Positions 53,185 through 64,000 of a stretch of 64,000 bases of DNA are shown one piece after another (positions within the stretch are counted from its first letter, which is position 1; every line of letters begins with the position of its first letter). The stretch is from the NCBI RefSeq assembly GCF_963921235.1, contig NC_086097.1, positions 23,500,001 through 23,564,000 on the forward strand, read 5' to 3'. The DNA is from Mobula hypostoma (Eukaryota). The notes beneath the pieces are model-generated. The model worked only from the letters and a program-made list of their open reading frames with translations. It searched no databases and was not told where the DNA came from. Made by a program: the position numbers and the translations under genes.

Positions 53185-54030
53185 CAGTGTGGAATAACAG
53201 AGAGATTTTGGTGTCCAGAGTACAGATCCCTCAAAGCTGCCGTGCAAATTGATAAGGTGGTTAAGAAAGCGTGACGTGAGGAAGGGTCTCGGCCCAAAAC
53301 CTTGACGTTTACGCTTTTCCATAGATGCTGCCTGGCCTGCTGAGTTCCTCCAGCATTTTGTATGTGTCGCTTTGGATTTCCAGCATTTGCAGATTTTCTC
53401 ATTTGGTATGTTGACCTTCATTAGTCAGGATATTGAATTCAGGAGCTGTAAGGTATAAAACTCTAGTTAGCTCCATAAAACTCCAGTTCGACCATACTTG
53501 GACTATTGTGTTCAGTTTAAGACTGTTCATTATAGGAAGGATGTGGAAGCTTTAGAGAGGGTGCAGAGATTTACCAGGATGCCAGCTGGATTAGAGATCA
53601 TGCCTTATGTGGAAATATTGAGCGAGCTAGGGCTTTCCTCTGGAGCAAGGGAGGATGAGGGGGTGACTTGACTGGTGTGTTTAAATAATAAGAGCCACTA
53701 ATAGAGTCAGCACCTTTGTCCCAGGGGAGGAACGGTTAACAGGGGGTATCTTTTTAAGGCGATTGGAAGAAAGTATAGGGGAGATGCCAGATTTAGGTTT
53801 TTTACAAAGAGAGAGGTGTGTGTGTGAAAAATGCTACCAGGAGAGCTGGTGGAGGCAGATACATTAGGGAGTTCAAGAGGCTCTTAGATATACACATGGA
53901 TGAAAGGAAAATGGAACATTATGAGCAATGTAAGAGGAGAAGGTTAGATTGATCGAGGAGTATGTTAAACGTTTGGCACAACAATGTGGGCTGAAGGTCA
54001 TGTACTGTGCTGCATCATTCGATGTTCTGT
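53185..54030 (+). mobile_element. CR1 3' part with a short Penelope terminal unit inserted at about 53275-53402
   Basis: CR1 gtggttaagaaagcgt|...|ttggtatgttgaccttcatt is split by gaagggtctcggcccaaaac...gcagattttctc. Confidence 0.8.
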
Positions 54031-54049
54031 GTTTATTGATCTCTACCTT

Positions 54050-54665
54050 ACACAGATACATTATTGATCCCAAAGGAAACTACAGTGTCACTGTAGCATT
54101 ATAAGGGTACAGATATATAAATATATAATTATCAGAAAAGTAAGAAAGAATAAAAGATAAGTGACCTCAAAGTCTAAAAGGAGGAGGTCATCACTTTCCT
54201 GGCTATAGGTTGATTCCTTATAGAGCCTAATGGTCAAGGGTAAGAATTACATCATATATTGCTCTTTGGAGCAGAGCAGTTGTCTCAGTCCTATAACTAA
54301 AACTGCTCCTCTGTTCAGCCAAGGTGGCATGCAGAGGGTAAGAAACATTGTTCAGAATTTCCAGGGTTTTCCATAGGGTTCTTTGTTCTACCACAGCCTC
54401 CGGTGTGTCCAGTTTGACTCCTATAACAGAGCCAGCCTTTCTAATCAATTTATTGAGTCTGTTGGAATCACCCGCGTTGATGCCATTGTCCCAGCACACC
54501 ACCACACAGAAGACTGTACTGGTGACATCAGACTGGTAGAACATGTGAAGGAGAGGCCTGCATACTTCAAAGGACCTCAGTTTCCTCAGGAAGTAGAGGT
54601 GACTCTGGCCCTTCTTGTACACAGCCTCTGTGTTGGTGTTCCACTCAAGTCTGTCTGTAAAGATA
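54050..54665 (-). mobile_element. Rex1/Babar LINE 3' end
   Basis: DRLEWNTNTEAVYKKGQSHLYFLRKLRSF...NRLNKLIRKAGSV. Confidence 0.85.
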
Positions 54666-55250
54666 CTCATTACTTATTGACTTACTGCCTGTTTTGCCGC
54701 TGTACCTTAGGGCAGCAATGAACGTCCTCCATCTCTGAAGGTGTTTAGAGCTTCCATCATCATGTCAATAGCTCACTCTCAGTTTTCACTACTGTCAGTC
54801 ATGCAAATCCCGGGTGGAGACTCAGGAATACTTTTGCACTCAGATGTAGAAGGATTCTTCGATGCTGTTCCTGTAACAAATTTGTTTTTATCAGTCAGGG
54901 TTGTTAGCCCTGAGCTGAACCCCGAATCTGGAGGACTGGTGGACCACTCCTAGTCTGGCCTCTACCCTTTGACACTCATTAACTGAACCTTTATGCCTCG
55001 TGGATGTTGAATTCCAAAGATTAGCTGCCTTCCAGATTGCAGGAAGTTTTTTTCTCATCTGTAGCCTGAAAAGCCAGACCTCCTCATTTTGAAACTGTGG
55101 CCTCTGGTTCTTGGTTCGTTAGATAAATGTCTCCCCTGCATCCACACTGTCAACTTGATGAGAATGGATTGTTATAAAACTTTACAGAGAAAGGAAATCA
55201 GTTACCTTTTCCTCATCTGGCATAATTGTGATCATTCTTGACTCTACTAT

Positions 55251-55462
55251 CAGGGCACTGTCTACGCCACCCCGAGCTATCTGCCAGCATAGTCATCATA
55301 TGGGAGCCCAAGCATGGGAGGATGAACCCTGGGCGCCCTCTCAAGACTATGGTCAACACGCTCCTAGAAGACAGCGGTGCAGCTAATGTAGATGAACTGA
55401 ACACACTGATGAGGGAGAGGGAGAAGTGGAGAGGCCTGATTCGACGTAGTAGTAGTAGTAGT
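55251..55462 (+). mobile_element. RTE-clade LINE 3' end with (TAG)n tail
   Basis: GHCLRHPEL...WEPKHGRMNPGRPLKT...MREREKWR, tail gtagtagtagtag, with ttgactc on both flanks. Confidence 0.8.
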
Positions 55463-56074
55463 TGACTCCACCTACACATGACTATGGTTGACTATTCTGG
55501 ACAGCAAAATGACCAAGCAAGATATTTAGATAAATGGACTTTCTTGGTTGTTGATGCAAAACAGTACATTTCACTACATGTTTCAAAGTTTTGATGGGCA
55601 CGTAATAAATAAAACTAATCTCTAATCTCTCTCACTCTATACATAAATTTGAGATGATCACGCAAACCCATCATTTGTACAGCTGGGAACTTATACTACA
55701 AAGCAATATGTAATTTAGTTACTATACTCAAAAGACATCATTGATGACTGTGAGCAGGCAGCCTGTAACTCATTTTTGGATTGGGTTTTGTACACACGTC
55801 TTTGACTGACAAATGCGGCTTTTGAATGTTCAGGAGAGCACACTGTGGAATTCAGACTCCAGTGATAGATACTTATCTTTTTAATTGTTTCTTTTACAGA
55901 CTGGGATGGGAGGGAAAACAAGTCGTTGATCTACCTTGCTGCCCTCTTGCGCTTCGTGTGATCAGTGACGTCATCTCAGAGTTTATACTGTTACCTCATT
56001 GAGATCAATACAGAAAGCTACATTAAGCTGTCAGTAAATAGCACCTTTCAGAAAAGAAAACAGAAAGTTGTAGA

Positions 56075-56390
56075 CAACACATAAAAAATGCTGGAGGGAC
56101 TCAGGCAACCTTTATGGAAAGAAATGAGCAGTTAATGTTTTGGGTCGAGACTTTTCATCAGCACTGGAAAGGAAAGTGTTAGAAGCCAGAATAAGAGGGG
56201 AAGGGGAAGGGAAGGGGTACAAGCTGAAAGGTAATAGGTGAAGTCACATGGGTGGGGGAGTGGGAATGAAGTAAGAAGCTGGGAGGCGATAGGTGGAAAA
56301 GACAAAGGGCTACAGGATAAAGGAATCTGATAGGAGAGGAGACTGGACCATGGAAGAAAAGGAAGGAGGAGGGGAACCGAGGGAAATGTT
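56075..56390 (-). mobile_element. Penelope-like 3' UTR and terminal unit, decayed hammerhead
   Basis: Minus strand CTGATGA AAAG TCTCGA CCC AAAA CATT after a pyrimidine-rich UTR. Confidence 0.75.
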
Positions 56391-59300
56391 GTGGACTGCT
56401 GGATACTGTGTGAAAACTGCAACACTTTAATGGTTTCCTATTTGGTTCTTTAGGGAATGCACAGTCCTGCTAAGATCTTTACTGAAATGTCCAGTGGAAC
56501 CTTGTTTTACGCATTATTATGCTGATTGAACGAGGTATCTGGTTTAATGGCACGTGTGATGATTCCCGAGTTCAGCCCTCAAGTGCAGTTGTGTTTCCAG
56601 CTCTCCGTCTGAAGCTTACAAACACCTTGCTTCTCATTCCAGGAGGTTTCGTTCTGTAAATTGCAGCAGTTGATTTGTGCCAATGGTTTGATTGATGGCG
56701 TATTTCAAAACGTGGGCATTCATCTGTGTCTTGGTTATGGGCACTGTCTATTTTATTAAGCTCCAGGATATCTGTTGCAAGAGGGAGGGCGTATTATTGT
56801 TTCCACAATGTCCAAAATACACTGAATGCGTAAACGTTTGAATTCACGGAGTTAATGCTCAGGAATAGACGAATGCTGGTGTTTATGCCTCTAGTCAGTC
56901 TCACCCCACACCTTTGTATACTTGACTATCAGAAATCCTGGAATTTTCCTCTCAAGCTTATTCACTTTCTCCTCGAGTGCCTTTATAATTTGCCTGAACT
57001 ACTGCATTGCGGTGGCGACTCGCTTCTCAGTCTCTGTCCTCTATTCCACTGTATGACCTTCTTTCAGGGCCCCATGACTAAGTTTCCCCCGATTCCCCCT
57101 GCAGGCTGAAGCGCCTTCTCTACATTCTCAGATCAAACCCTTTCCTAATTTTAAAGACAGCATGATGGTGTAGAATTGGAGTTGGTTTAATATCACATTT
57201 ACCAAAGTTAATTTATTATCAAAGTACCATATACTACCTTGATATTCAATTTCTTGCAGGGATTTACAGGAATGTTAAAAAAAATAACTTACCAAGATAC
57301 AGTGAAAATCTTGTCTTGCACAGCCAGGTCATGTTCTCCCGACTCTCCCAGGTTCTCCCACATCATGAGTGCTGAAGAAGGGTCTCAGCTTGAAACGCCG
57401 ACCATCTATTCATTTCCACAGATACCGCCAGAAATGCCGAGCTTCTGCAGCATTTTGTCTGTGTTGCTTGGATTTTCAGCATCTGCAGAATTTCTCATGA
57501 TCGTGCTCTCTTCTCGCTGCTGCCATCAGGAAGAAGGTATAGGAGCATCAGGACTCACACCTCCAGGTTCAGGAACAGTTATTACCCCTCAACATCAGGT
57601 TCTGAAACCAAAGGGGATAAGCACTCAGCTTCACTTGCCCCATCATTTAAATGTTCCCACAACTATGGACTCACTTTCACTGTCATATTCTTGATATTTA
57701 TTGATTCTTTATTATTAATATTTCTTTCTTCTTGTATTTGCACAGTCTGTTGTCATTTGCTGACTGGTTGAACACCCATGTTGGTGTGGTCTCCCACTGA
57801 TTCTATTATGGTTATTATTCTACTATGGATTTATTAAGTATGTCCACAAGAAAATAAGTCTCAAGTTGTATATGGTGTCATATATGTACTCAGTTGATAA
57901 ACTTACTTTAAACTTTGACACAGATCAAATTATTACACAGTGCACAGGTAGAACAAGGTAAAACAATAACAATGCAGAATACAATGTAAAAGCTACACAG
58001 AAGTTGCAGTGCGGGTAAGCAATAGAGAGCAAGATCTTACCAAGGTGGATTGTGACACCAAGAGTCCATCTTATCAGACAAGTGGTCCATTCAAGGGTCC
58101 GACAACTGCAGAAAAAGAACTGCTCTTGAACCTGGTTGTATGTGCTTTAAGGCTTTTGTATCCTCTGCCCCATGGGAAAGGGAAGAAGACAATGTTTGGG
58201 GGTGGGGGGAGAGGTGCCTTTGAGTATACGGGCTGATTTACTGAGGCAATATAGACAGAGTCCATAGAGGGGAGGCTGGTTTCCATGATGTGCTGAGCTG
58301 CGTCCACAACTCTCTGCATTGCAGAGTAGTTGATATGCCAAACCATGATGCATCCAGATGGTGCTGCTCCCTCATAGCTCCTGTGACATGTGTTTTCTTC
58401 TGACCTCCAATGCTGTCTGTGCACTTTCTGCCTGTGACTAAATCAGTTTTCCCCTGGCTGTTTTATTTTCCCCTATCACACCAAAGAAGCTGTGGATTAC
58501 TGTGAATAGAATGGGTAAATGACAGAGGAATCAGAGAGGTGTGATGATAATGAGTTGCAGAGTTACAGGGAAATAAGGAAAGAGAGGTGGCCTGATGGGA
58601 TTTTTCTGTTTGGAGCAAGGTGGAAATGACAGGATGACTGGCCCCATCTTACTTATTGTCTAAAGTCAATGAAAATCAAACTGCAGATACTGTCATCTGA
58701 AATAACAATAGAGAATGCAAGGAATGCTCAGTAAGGCAGCGACAAAGGAAAAGACAATTTGAAGACCCTTCATCAGAAATGAGCATGAGAGAAAACAAGT
58801 TAAAACTAACAGCAGAGAAGGTAGTGGAGGAAAGGATAGGGTAAAGAGAATAGCTTTGATAGGATGAGGCCAGGATTGCTTTACGAATGTGTTATACCGG
58901 TTATCCAGCCAACAGGGAGAGAGGGACAGAGTGAGGGAGCTATGAATTGAGGGTAGTTCGAGAGTGGGAATACAGTCAGTATTGGCTTATTGTCACTGAC
59001 GTAATTATGCATCACTATCTCCGGCATGGAGGGGTCAATGCACAGGATTGAACAAGAAATTTCTTGCTTTACGGCAGCAGTAACATCCAAAAATGATAAG
59101 GTATTGTAAAAACATTAAATAATGCAACAGAGAAATAGTTAGGTAGTGGTCATGGAGCCTTCAAAAACCAGTTGGTGGAGGGAAGAAATCATTCCTAAAG
59201 ATTTGACTGCATCTCTTGTACCTCCTCCCTGATTTGGTAGTGAGAAGAGGGCATGTGCCGGCTGGTGAAGGTCCTCAGTGATGGGTACTGCCTTTGAGTG

Positions 59301-59682
59301 ATGTCCTTGAGGGTGGGAGGCTTATGCCTGTGCTGAATCTGCAAACTTCAGCAGCTTCTTTTGATCCTTGCATTGGTGCCTCCATACCAGATGATGCCAG
59401 AATATTCCCCATGGCACATCTGTAGAAATTTTCAAGAGTCTTTGGTCACATTGCCAGACAAACAAAGGAACATAAAACTTGTGCTGTGAGATAACCCCAG
59501 CAGGACAGACTTTGTTACTGGAGCAGGAACATTGACAAGGTTGCAGTGTGCCTAGATAGAAGATGAGGTGCTCTCGTTCAGACTTACACTGAGCCCCTTG
59601 AAAATAGTGCAGAGTATCTTGAAAGAAGAAAGGTGTGGCTTCATAATAAGATATTTAAACTACAAGAATATCAAGGGGCATA

Positions 59683-60235
59683 CGTTCAGTGGTCAGTTTA
59701 TTAGGTACACTTGTACTCACTATTGCCAATATCTAATTGGCTAATCATGTGGCAGTAGCGCAATACATGCAGATATGGTCATGACGTTCAGTTGTTCTTT
59801 GGACCAAACAACACACTGGAGAAGAAATGCAATCTAAATAACTTTAACCGTGGAATGATAGTTGGTGTCACACAGGGTGGTTTGAGTATCTCAGAATTTG
59901 CTGATCTTCTGTGATTTTCATGCACAGTCCTCTCCAGAGATGGGAATGATGCAAAAAAAACAAACAAACAAAAAAAAAATTCAGTGAGTGGCAGTTCCGT
60001 GGGCAAAAATGCCTTGTTAATGAGAGAGGTCAGAGGAGGATGGCCAGGCTGTTTCAAGCTGCCAGGAAGATGGTTGTAATTCAAATAACCACGTGTTAAA
60101 ACAGTGGTGTGCAGAAGGGCATCTCTGAATGCACGACACGTCGAAACTTAAAGTGGATGGGCCACAGCAGCAAAGGGCAAGAGCCACAAAACATATGTAC
60201 ACTCAGTGGAAATACCGAATAAAGTGGCCACAGAA
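59683..60235 (+). mobile_element. Tc1-derived non-autonomous element
   Basis: cagtggtcagtttattaggtacac...aataaagtggccac. Encodes SEWQFRGQKCLVNERGQRRMARL (Tc1 DNA-binding-domain remnant). Confidence 0.8.
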
Positions 60236-60701
60236 TGTAAGTAAGCAGCGTCGAGGGCAAGATCAGATCACCTTTTGAATGTAGAACAGACTCAGAGGGC
60301 CAGCTGAACTACACTTGCTTCTTGTGTTTATTCTAACTTGCAGAACATGTCAGCTTCTTTATTCATTTTTTCCTTAAATGACATGTCTGCCATTCCCAGA
60401 ATCAATCTTATGAACCTCATTTGCATTTGTTCTCAGTCAAGCATAAACTAACCTGAAGGAGATCAAAACTACCCTCAGTTTTTCAGTGGTGCTTTCAGCA
60501 ACACTGCATGCAATTACAGAGGGACTTCTTATTCCAAACTTCTGCTATAAAGGCCAACATACCATTTATGTCTATCATTGTCTTCTGTTAGCTCCTGTAA
60601 TTTGTGTTTCAAGTTACCAAAATACTTTTATCCTTTTAATACTTTTTTTTCCACTACAGAATCAGAATCAGGTTTATTATCACTGAGATATATGTTGAAA
60701 T

Positions 60702-61537
60702 CTCTCCCCACTGATCTCCCTCCCGGCACTTATCCGTGTAAGCGGAACAAGTGCTACACATGCCCTTACACTTCCTCCCTCACCACCATTCAGGGCCCCA
60801 AACAGTCCTTCCAGGTGAGGCATCACTTCACCTGTGTGTCGACTGGGGTGATATACTGCGTCCGGTGCTCCCGATGTGGCCTTTTATATATTGGTGAGAC
60901 CCGACACAGACTGGGAGACCGCTTTGCTGAACATCTACGCTCTGTCCGCCAGAGAAAGCAGGATCTCCCAGTGGCCACACATTTTAATTCCACATCCCAT
61001 TCCCATTCTGACATGTCTATCCACGGCCTCCTCTACTGTAAAGATGAAGCCACACTCAGGTTGGAGGAACAACACCTTATATTCCGTCTGGGTAGCCTCC
61101 AACCTGATGGCATGAACATCGATTTCTCTAACTTCCGCTAATGCCCCACCTCCCCCTCGTACCCCATCTGTTACTCATTTTTATGCACACATTCTTTCTC
61201 TCACTCTCCTTTTTCTCCCTCTGTCCCTCTAAATATACCTCTTGCCCATCCTCTGGGTCACCGCCCCCCACTGTCTTTCTTCCTGGACCTCTTGTCCCAT
61301 GATCCTCTCGTATCCCCTTTTGCCTATCACCTCTCCAGCTCTCGGCTCTATCCCTCCCCCTCCTGTCTTCTCCTATCATTTTGCATCTCCCCCTCCCCCT
61401 CCAACCTTCAAATCCCTTACTCACTCTTCCTTCAGTTAGTCCTGACGAAGGGTCTCGGCCTGAAACGTCGACTGCACCTCTTCCTACAGATGCTGCTTGG
61501 CCTGCTGCGTTCACCAGCAACTTTGATGTATGTTGTT
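60702..61537 (+). mobile_element. 5'-truncated Penelope-like (Neptune-type) retroelement with 13-bp TSD
   Basis: Direct repeat tatatgttgaaat at 60689-60701 and 61538-61550. Uninterrupted ORF to TAA at 61141 with Cys-rich linker CKRNKCYTC and GIY-YIG motifs (VIYC...LYIGET.HRL.DRF.EH...EEQHLI...GMN), then a pyrimidine-rich UTR and hammerhead. Confidence 0.93.
61438..61473 (+). ncRNA. Minimal type-I hammerhead ribozyme in the Penelope terminal unit
   Basis: AGTC (stem I) CTGACGA AGG-gtctcgg-CCT (stem II) GAAA CG TC / GACT (stem I'). Catalytic core intact, GUC cleavage triplet at 61467-61469, stem III is the palindrome ACGT (dimer-dependent form). Confidence 0.8.
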
Positions 61538-61616
61538 TATATGTTGAAATATGTAGTTTTGTGACACCAGCACAGTACCATCCATAAAACTTTACTATAA
61601 GTTGCAATAAATAATA

Positions 61617-62060
61617 TACACTCAGTGGCCACTTTATTTGGTACAGGGGATACCTAATAAAGTGGCCACTGAGTGTATTTCTGTATGGTCATTGTCTTCT
61701 GTTACTGCAGCCCATCCTCATCAGGGTTTGATGTGCTGTGTGATCCGAGATGCTCTTTTGCATATCACTGTCATAATGCATGGCTATTTGAGTTACTGTC
61801 ACCTTGAACCAGTCTGACCATTCTCCTCTGACACGAGGAAATCTGCAGATGCTGGAATTTCAAGCAACACACATAAAAGTTGCTGGTGAACGCAGCAGAC
61901 CAGGCAGCATCTATAGGAAGAGGTACAGTCAACGTTTCGGGTCGAGACTGTACCTCTTCCTATAGATGCTACCTGGCCTGCTGCATTCACCAGCAACTTT
62001 TATGTGTGATTTTCCTCTGACCTGGTGTTTCCGTCCAAAAAACTGCCATTTACTAGATTT
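61617..62060 (-). mobile_element. Tc1-derived element (partial) interrupted by a Penelope foldback
   Basis: Local palindrome tacactcagtggccacttta...taaagtggccactgagtgta. Insertion at about 61831-62008. Confidence 0.75.
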
Positions 62061-62067
62061 TTTTTTG

Positions 62068-62621
62068 TTTATAAGACCTTGATCAGACCCCACTTGGAGT
62101 ATTGTGCTCAGTTCTGGTCACCTCACTACAGGAAGGATGTGGATACTGTAGAGAGAGTGCAGAGGAGATTTACAAGGATGTTACCTGGACTGGAGAGTAG
62201 ATTCAGTGTACTTGGCCTTTTCTTCTTTGAGCAACAGAAGGATGAGAGATGACCTGATAGAGGTGTATAAGATGATGAGGGGCATTGATCGTCTGGATAG
62301 CCAGAGGCTTTTTCCCAGGGCTGAAATGACTAACACAAGGGGGCATAGTTTTAAGGTGCCTGGAAATAGGTACTGAGGGGATGTCAGGGGTAAGTTCTTC
62401 AAACAGAGAGTGGTGGTGCATGGAATGCACAGCCGGTGACGGTGGTGGAAGCGGATACAATAGGATCTTGTAAGAGCCTCTTAGATAGGTACATGGAGCT
62501 TCTAAAAATAGAGGGCTATGCATAAGGCAATCATAGGCAGTCTCATGAGTAGGTTACGTGGTCAGCACGACCTTGTGGGCTGAGGGACCTGTAATGTGCT
62601 GTAAGTTTCTATGTTCTATGT
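62068..62621 (+). mobile_element. CR1 3' fragment
   Basis: YKTLIRPHLEYCAQFWSPHYRKDVDTVERVQRRFTRMLPGLE, tail ttctatg. Confidence 0.9.
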
Positions 62622-64000
62622 CAGGGGTCCCCAACCATTTTTGCGCCGCGGACCATTTTAATATTGACAATATTCTTGTGGACCAGCCGACCGGTGTTGG
62701 GGGGGGGACGTGTTTTGTTAATCACAACCGGAATATAGGTGATAAGTCAACTATAAGTCACTTATCAGTGGCTAATACCTTCAAGTTTGTTCTAAAATGG
62801 TTTGTCTAACAAATTTAATATTAAACACACAGCGCATATTTTCCTCGCATGAATATAGTGATATGTCAAATATAAGTCACAAGGGAATTCCTTATGTCCA
62901 GTCTATCCTACAATTTAGTTTTCGTTGCATTTATTGCAGAAAACTCCAGTTCGCAGAGGTACGATGTTGGAAATGGAAGCAATGTTTTCAGTGCTTTTGT
63001 GGCTATCTCATGATATTCAGCCTTGGTTTTGATCCAGAATGCCAGCAGAGATGTTATGTCAAACATACTTTTCAGCTCACTGTCATTTGCAAGCTTGAGG
63101 AGTTGATCTTCTTCCCGCGCTGACATGGATGATTCAGCGGGGACATTCACAAATAGGTCACGGACCCATTCCTTTGCACGTCTTGGGTCATGTGCGGTTG
63201 GGAAGTAACGCTCCAATTCTGTTGACAGCGAAGATAGGTGATCGCGCACCAGCTGTGAGCCTCAGTCTTTCCCAAATTCCCAGCTAATGTTGGGAACATG
63301 TCAAATATGCCCCTGTCCACTTGCCGTCCCCACAGTTCCAGTTTGGCTGTGAAAGCAGGCACTTCATCTGCCAACTTGAAGACGGTTGTCATTCTCCCCT
63401 GAAGTGACAAATTGAGTTCATTGAGCAGGTTGAAGATGTCACACAGATAAGCGAGTTTTGCTATCCACTCCTCGTCACTGAAGTGTGCTGCCAGTGGTGA
63501 CTTTTTTCCTGAAAGAAATCTCTGTAGCTGCTCTCTTAACTCAAAAACCCTGGCCAGGGCTCTCCCCTTTGACAGCCACCTGACTTCAGTGTGTAAAAGA
63601 AGGCGTTTGTGCTCTGCATCCATTTCCTCGCACAGCTGCTCAAACAGACGTGAGTTCAGGGCTTTTGCTTTGATGTGATTGATAACTTCAACAACGTCAC
63701 TCAATACGCTGTCAAGATCAGATGACATTTTTCGGCTAGCCAGCATTTCCCTGTGTGTGACACAGTGTGTAGACTGGCATTCAGGAGCAACCTCTTTGAC
63801 TCGGGGAGTGAAACCAAACTCGTCAAGCCGTTCCAACAGCTGTGCTTCGATGTCCTCCGCTATGTCATCAATTCTCCTTCAGACTGTGGTAGCTGAAAGA
63901 GAAACCTGTGCCATCTTGTTAGCTGCAACTTCTCCCAACAGTTCACAGCACATGTCCTTGGCAGTAGGCAGAATCAATTCTTCACCAACAGTGAAAGGCT
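62622..64000 (-). mobile_element. hAT Buster/Charlie-type transposon (ZBED5/SCAND3-like transposase pseudogene), runs off the window end
   Basis: TIR CAGGGGTCCCCAACC at 62622 preceded by ttcTAtgt. Motifs HCVTHREMLA, LLLHTEVRWLSKG, LAYLCDIF and LLPFPTSYLCE..FS. Frameshift near 63250 and an in-frame stop near 63880. Confidence 0.93.

Noticed and set aside
60578..60701. N-terminal part of the 187-aa ORF
   Set aside because: Lies outside the TSD. Chance read-through from flanking DNA into the Penelope ORF.
62908..63836. ZBED5/SCAND3-like host gene
   Set aside because: TIR present, plus frameshift, stop codon and catalytic-region deletion: a transposon relic.
1..64000. CRISPR arrays, operons or other prokaryotic systems
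   Set aside because: Vertebrate intronic DNA. No regularly spaced repeat-spacer array and no dense coding.

Overview
Eukaryotic, repeat-dense vertebrate DNA. The repeat content (V-SINEs, Deu-domain SINEs, CR1, Rex/Babar, Neptune-type Penelope elements, Buster hAT, Tc1 MITEs) suggests a cartilaginous fish; this is an inference. The window lies inside an alpha-neurexin gene on the + strand, closest to NRXN3. Two exons are recognisable, neither in the ORF track: a 27-nt microexon at 500-526 (VVLSKAYLQ, homologous to the neurexin splice-site-6 insert VAL(M/T)KADLQ) and the 120-nt third EGF-domain exon at 18779-18898. The rest is intron, and I found no beta-neurexin first exon. The most notable structures are: (1) a young Penelope insertion with a 13-bp TSD, an intact GIY-YIG endonuclease and an intact minimal type-I hammerhead ribozyme sense to the neurexin pre-mRNA, plus about nine decayed copies, some in inverted pairs; (2) a candidate extra frame-preserving 30-nt microexon whose acceptor tract comes from a Penelope 3' UTR; (3) a perfect 30-bp inverted repeat in unique sequence; (4) TE-free, motif-rich islands that may be conserved enhancers. 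Nearly all ORFs in the track are TE relics or noise. TE boundaries are approximate unless a TSD or TIR is quoted, and family assignments come from recalled consensus sequences, not a search.
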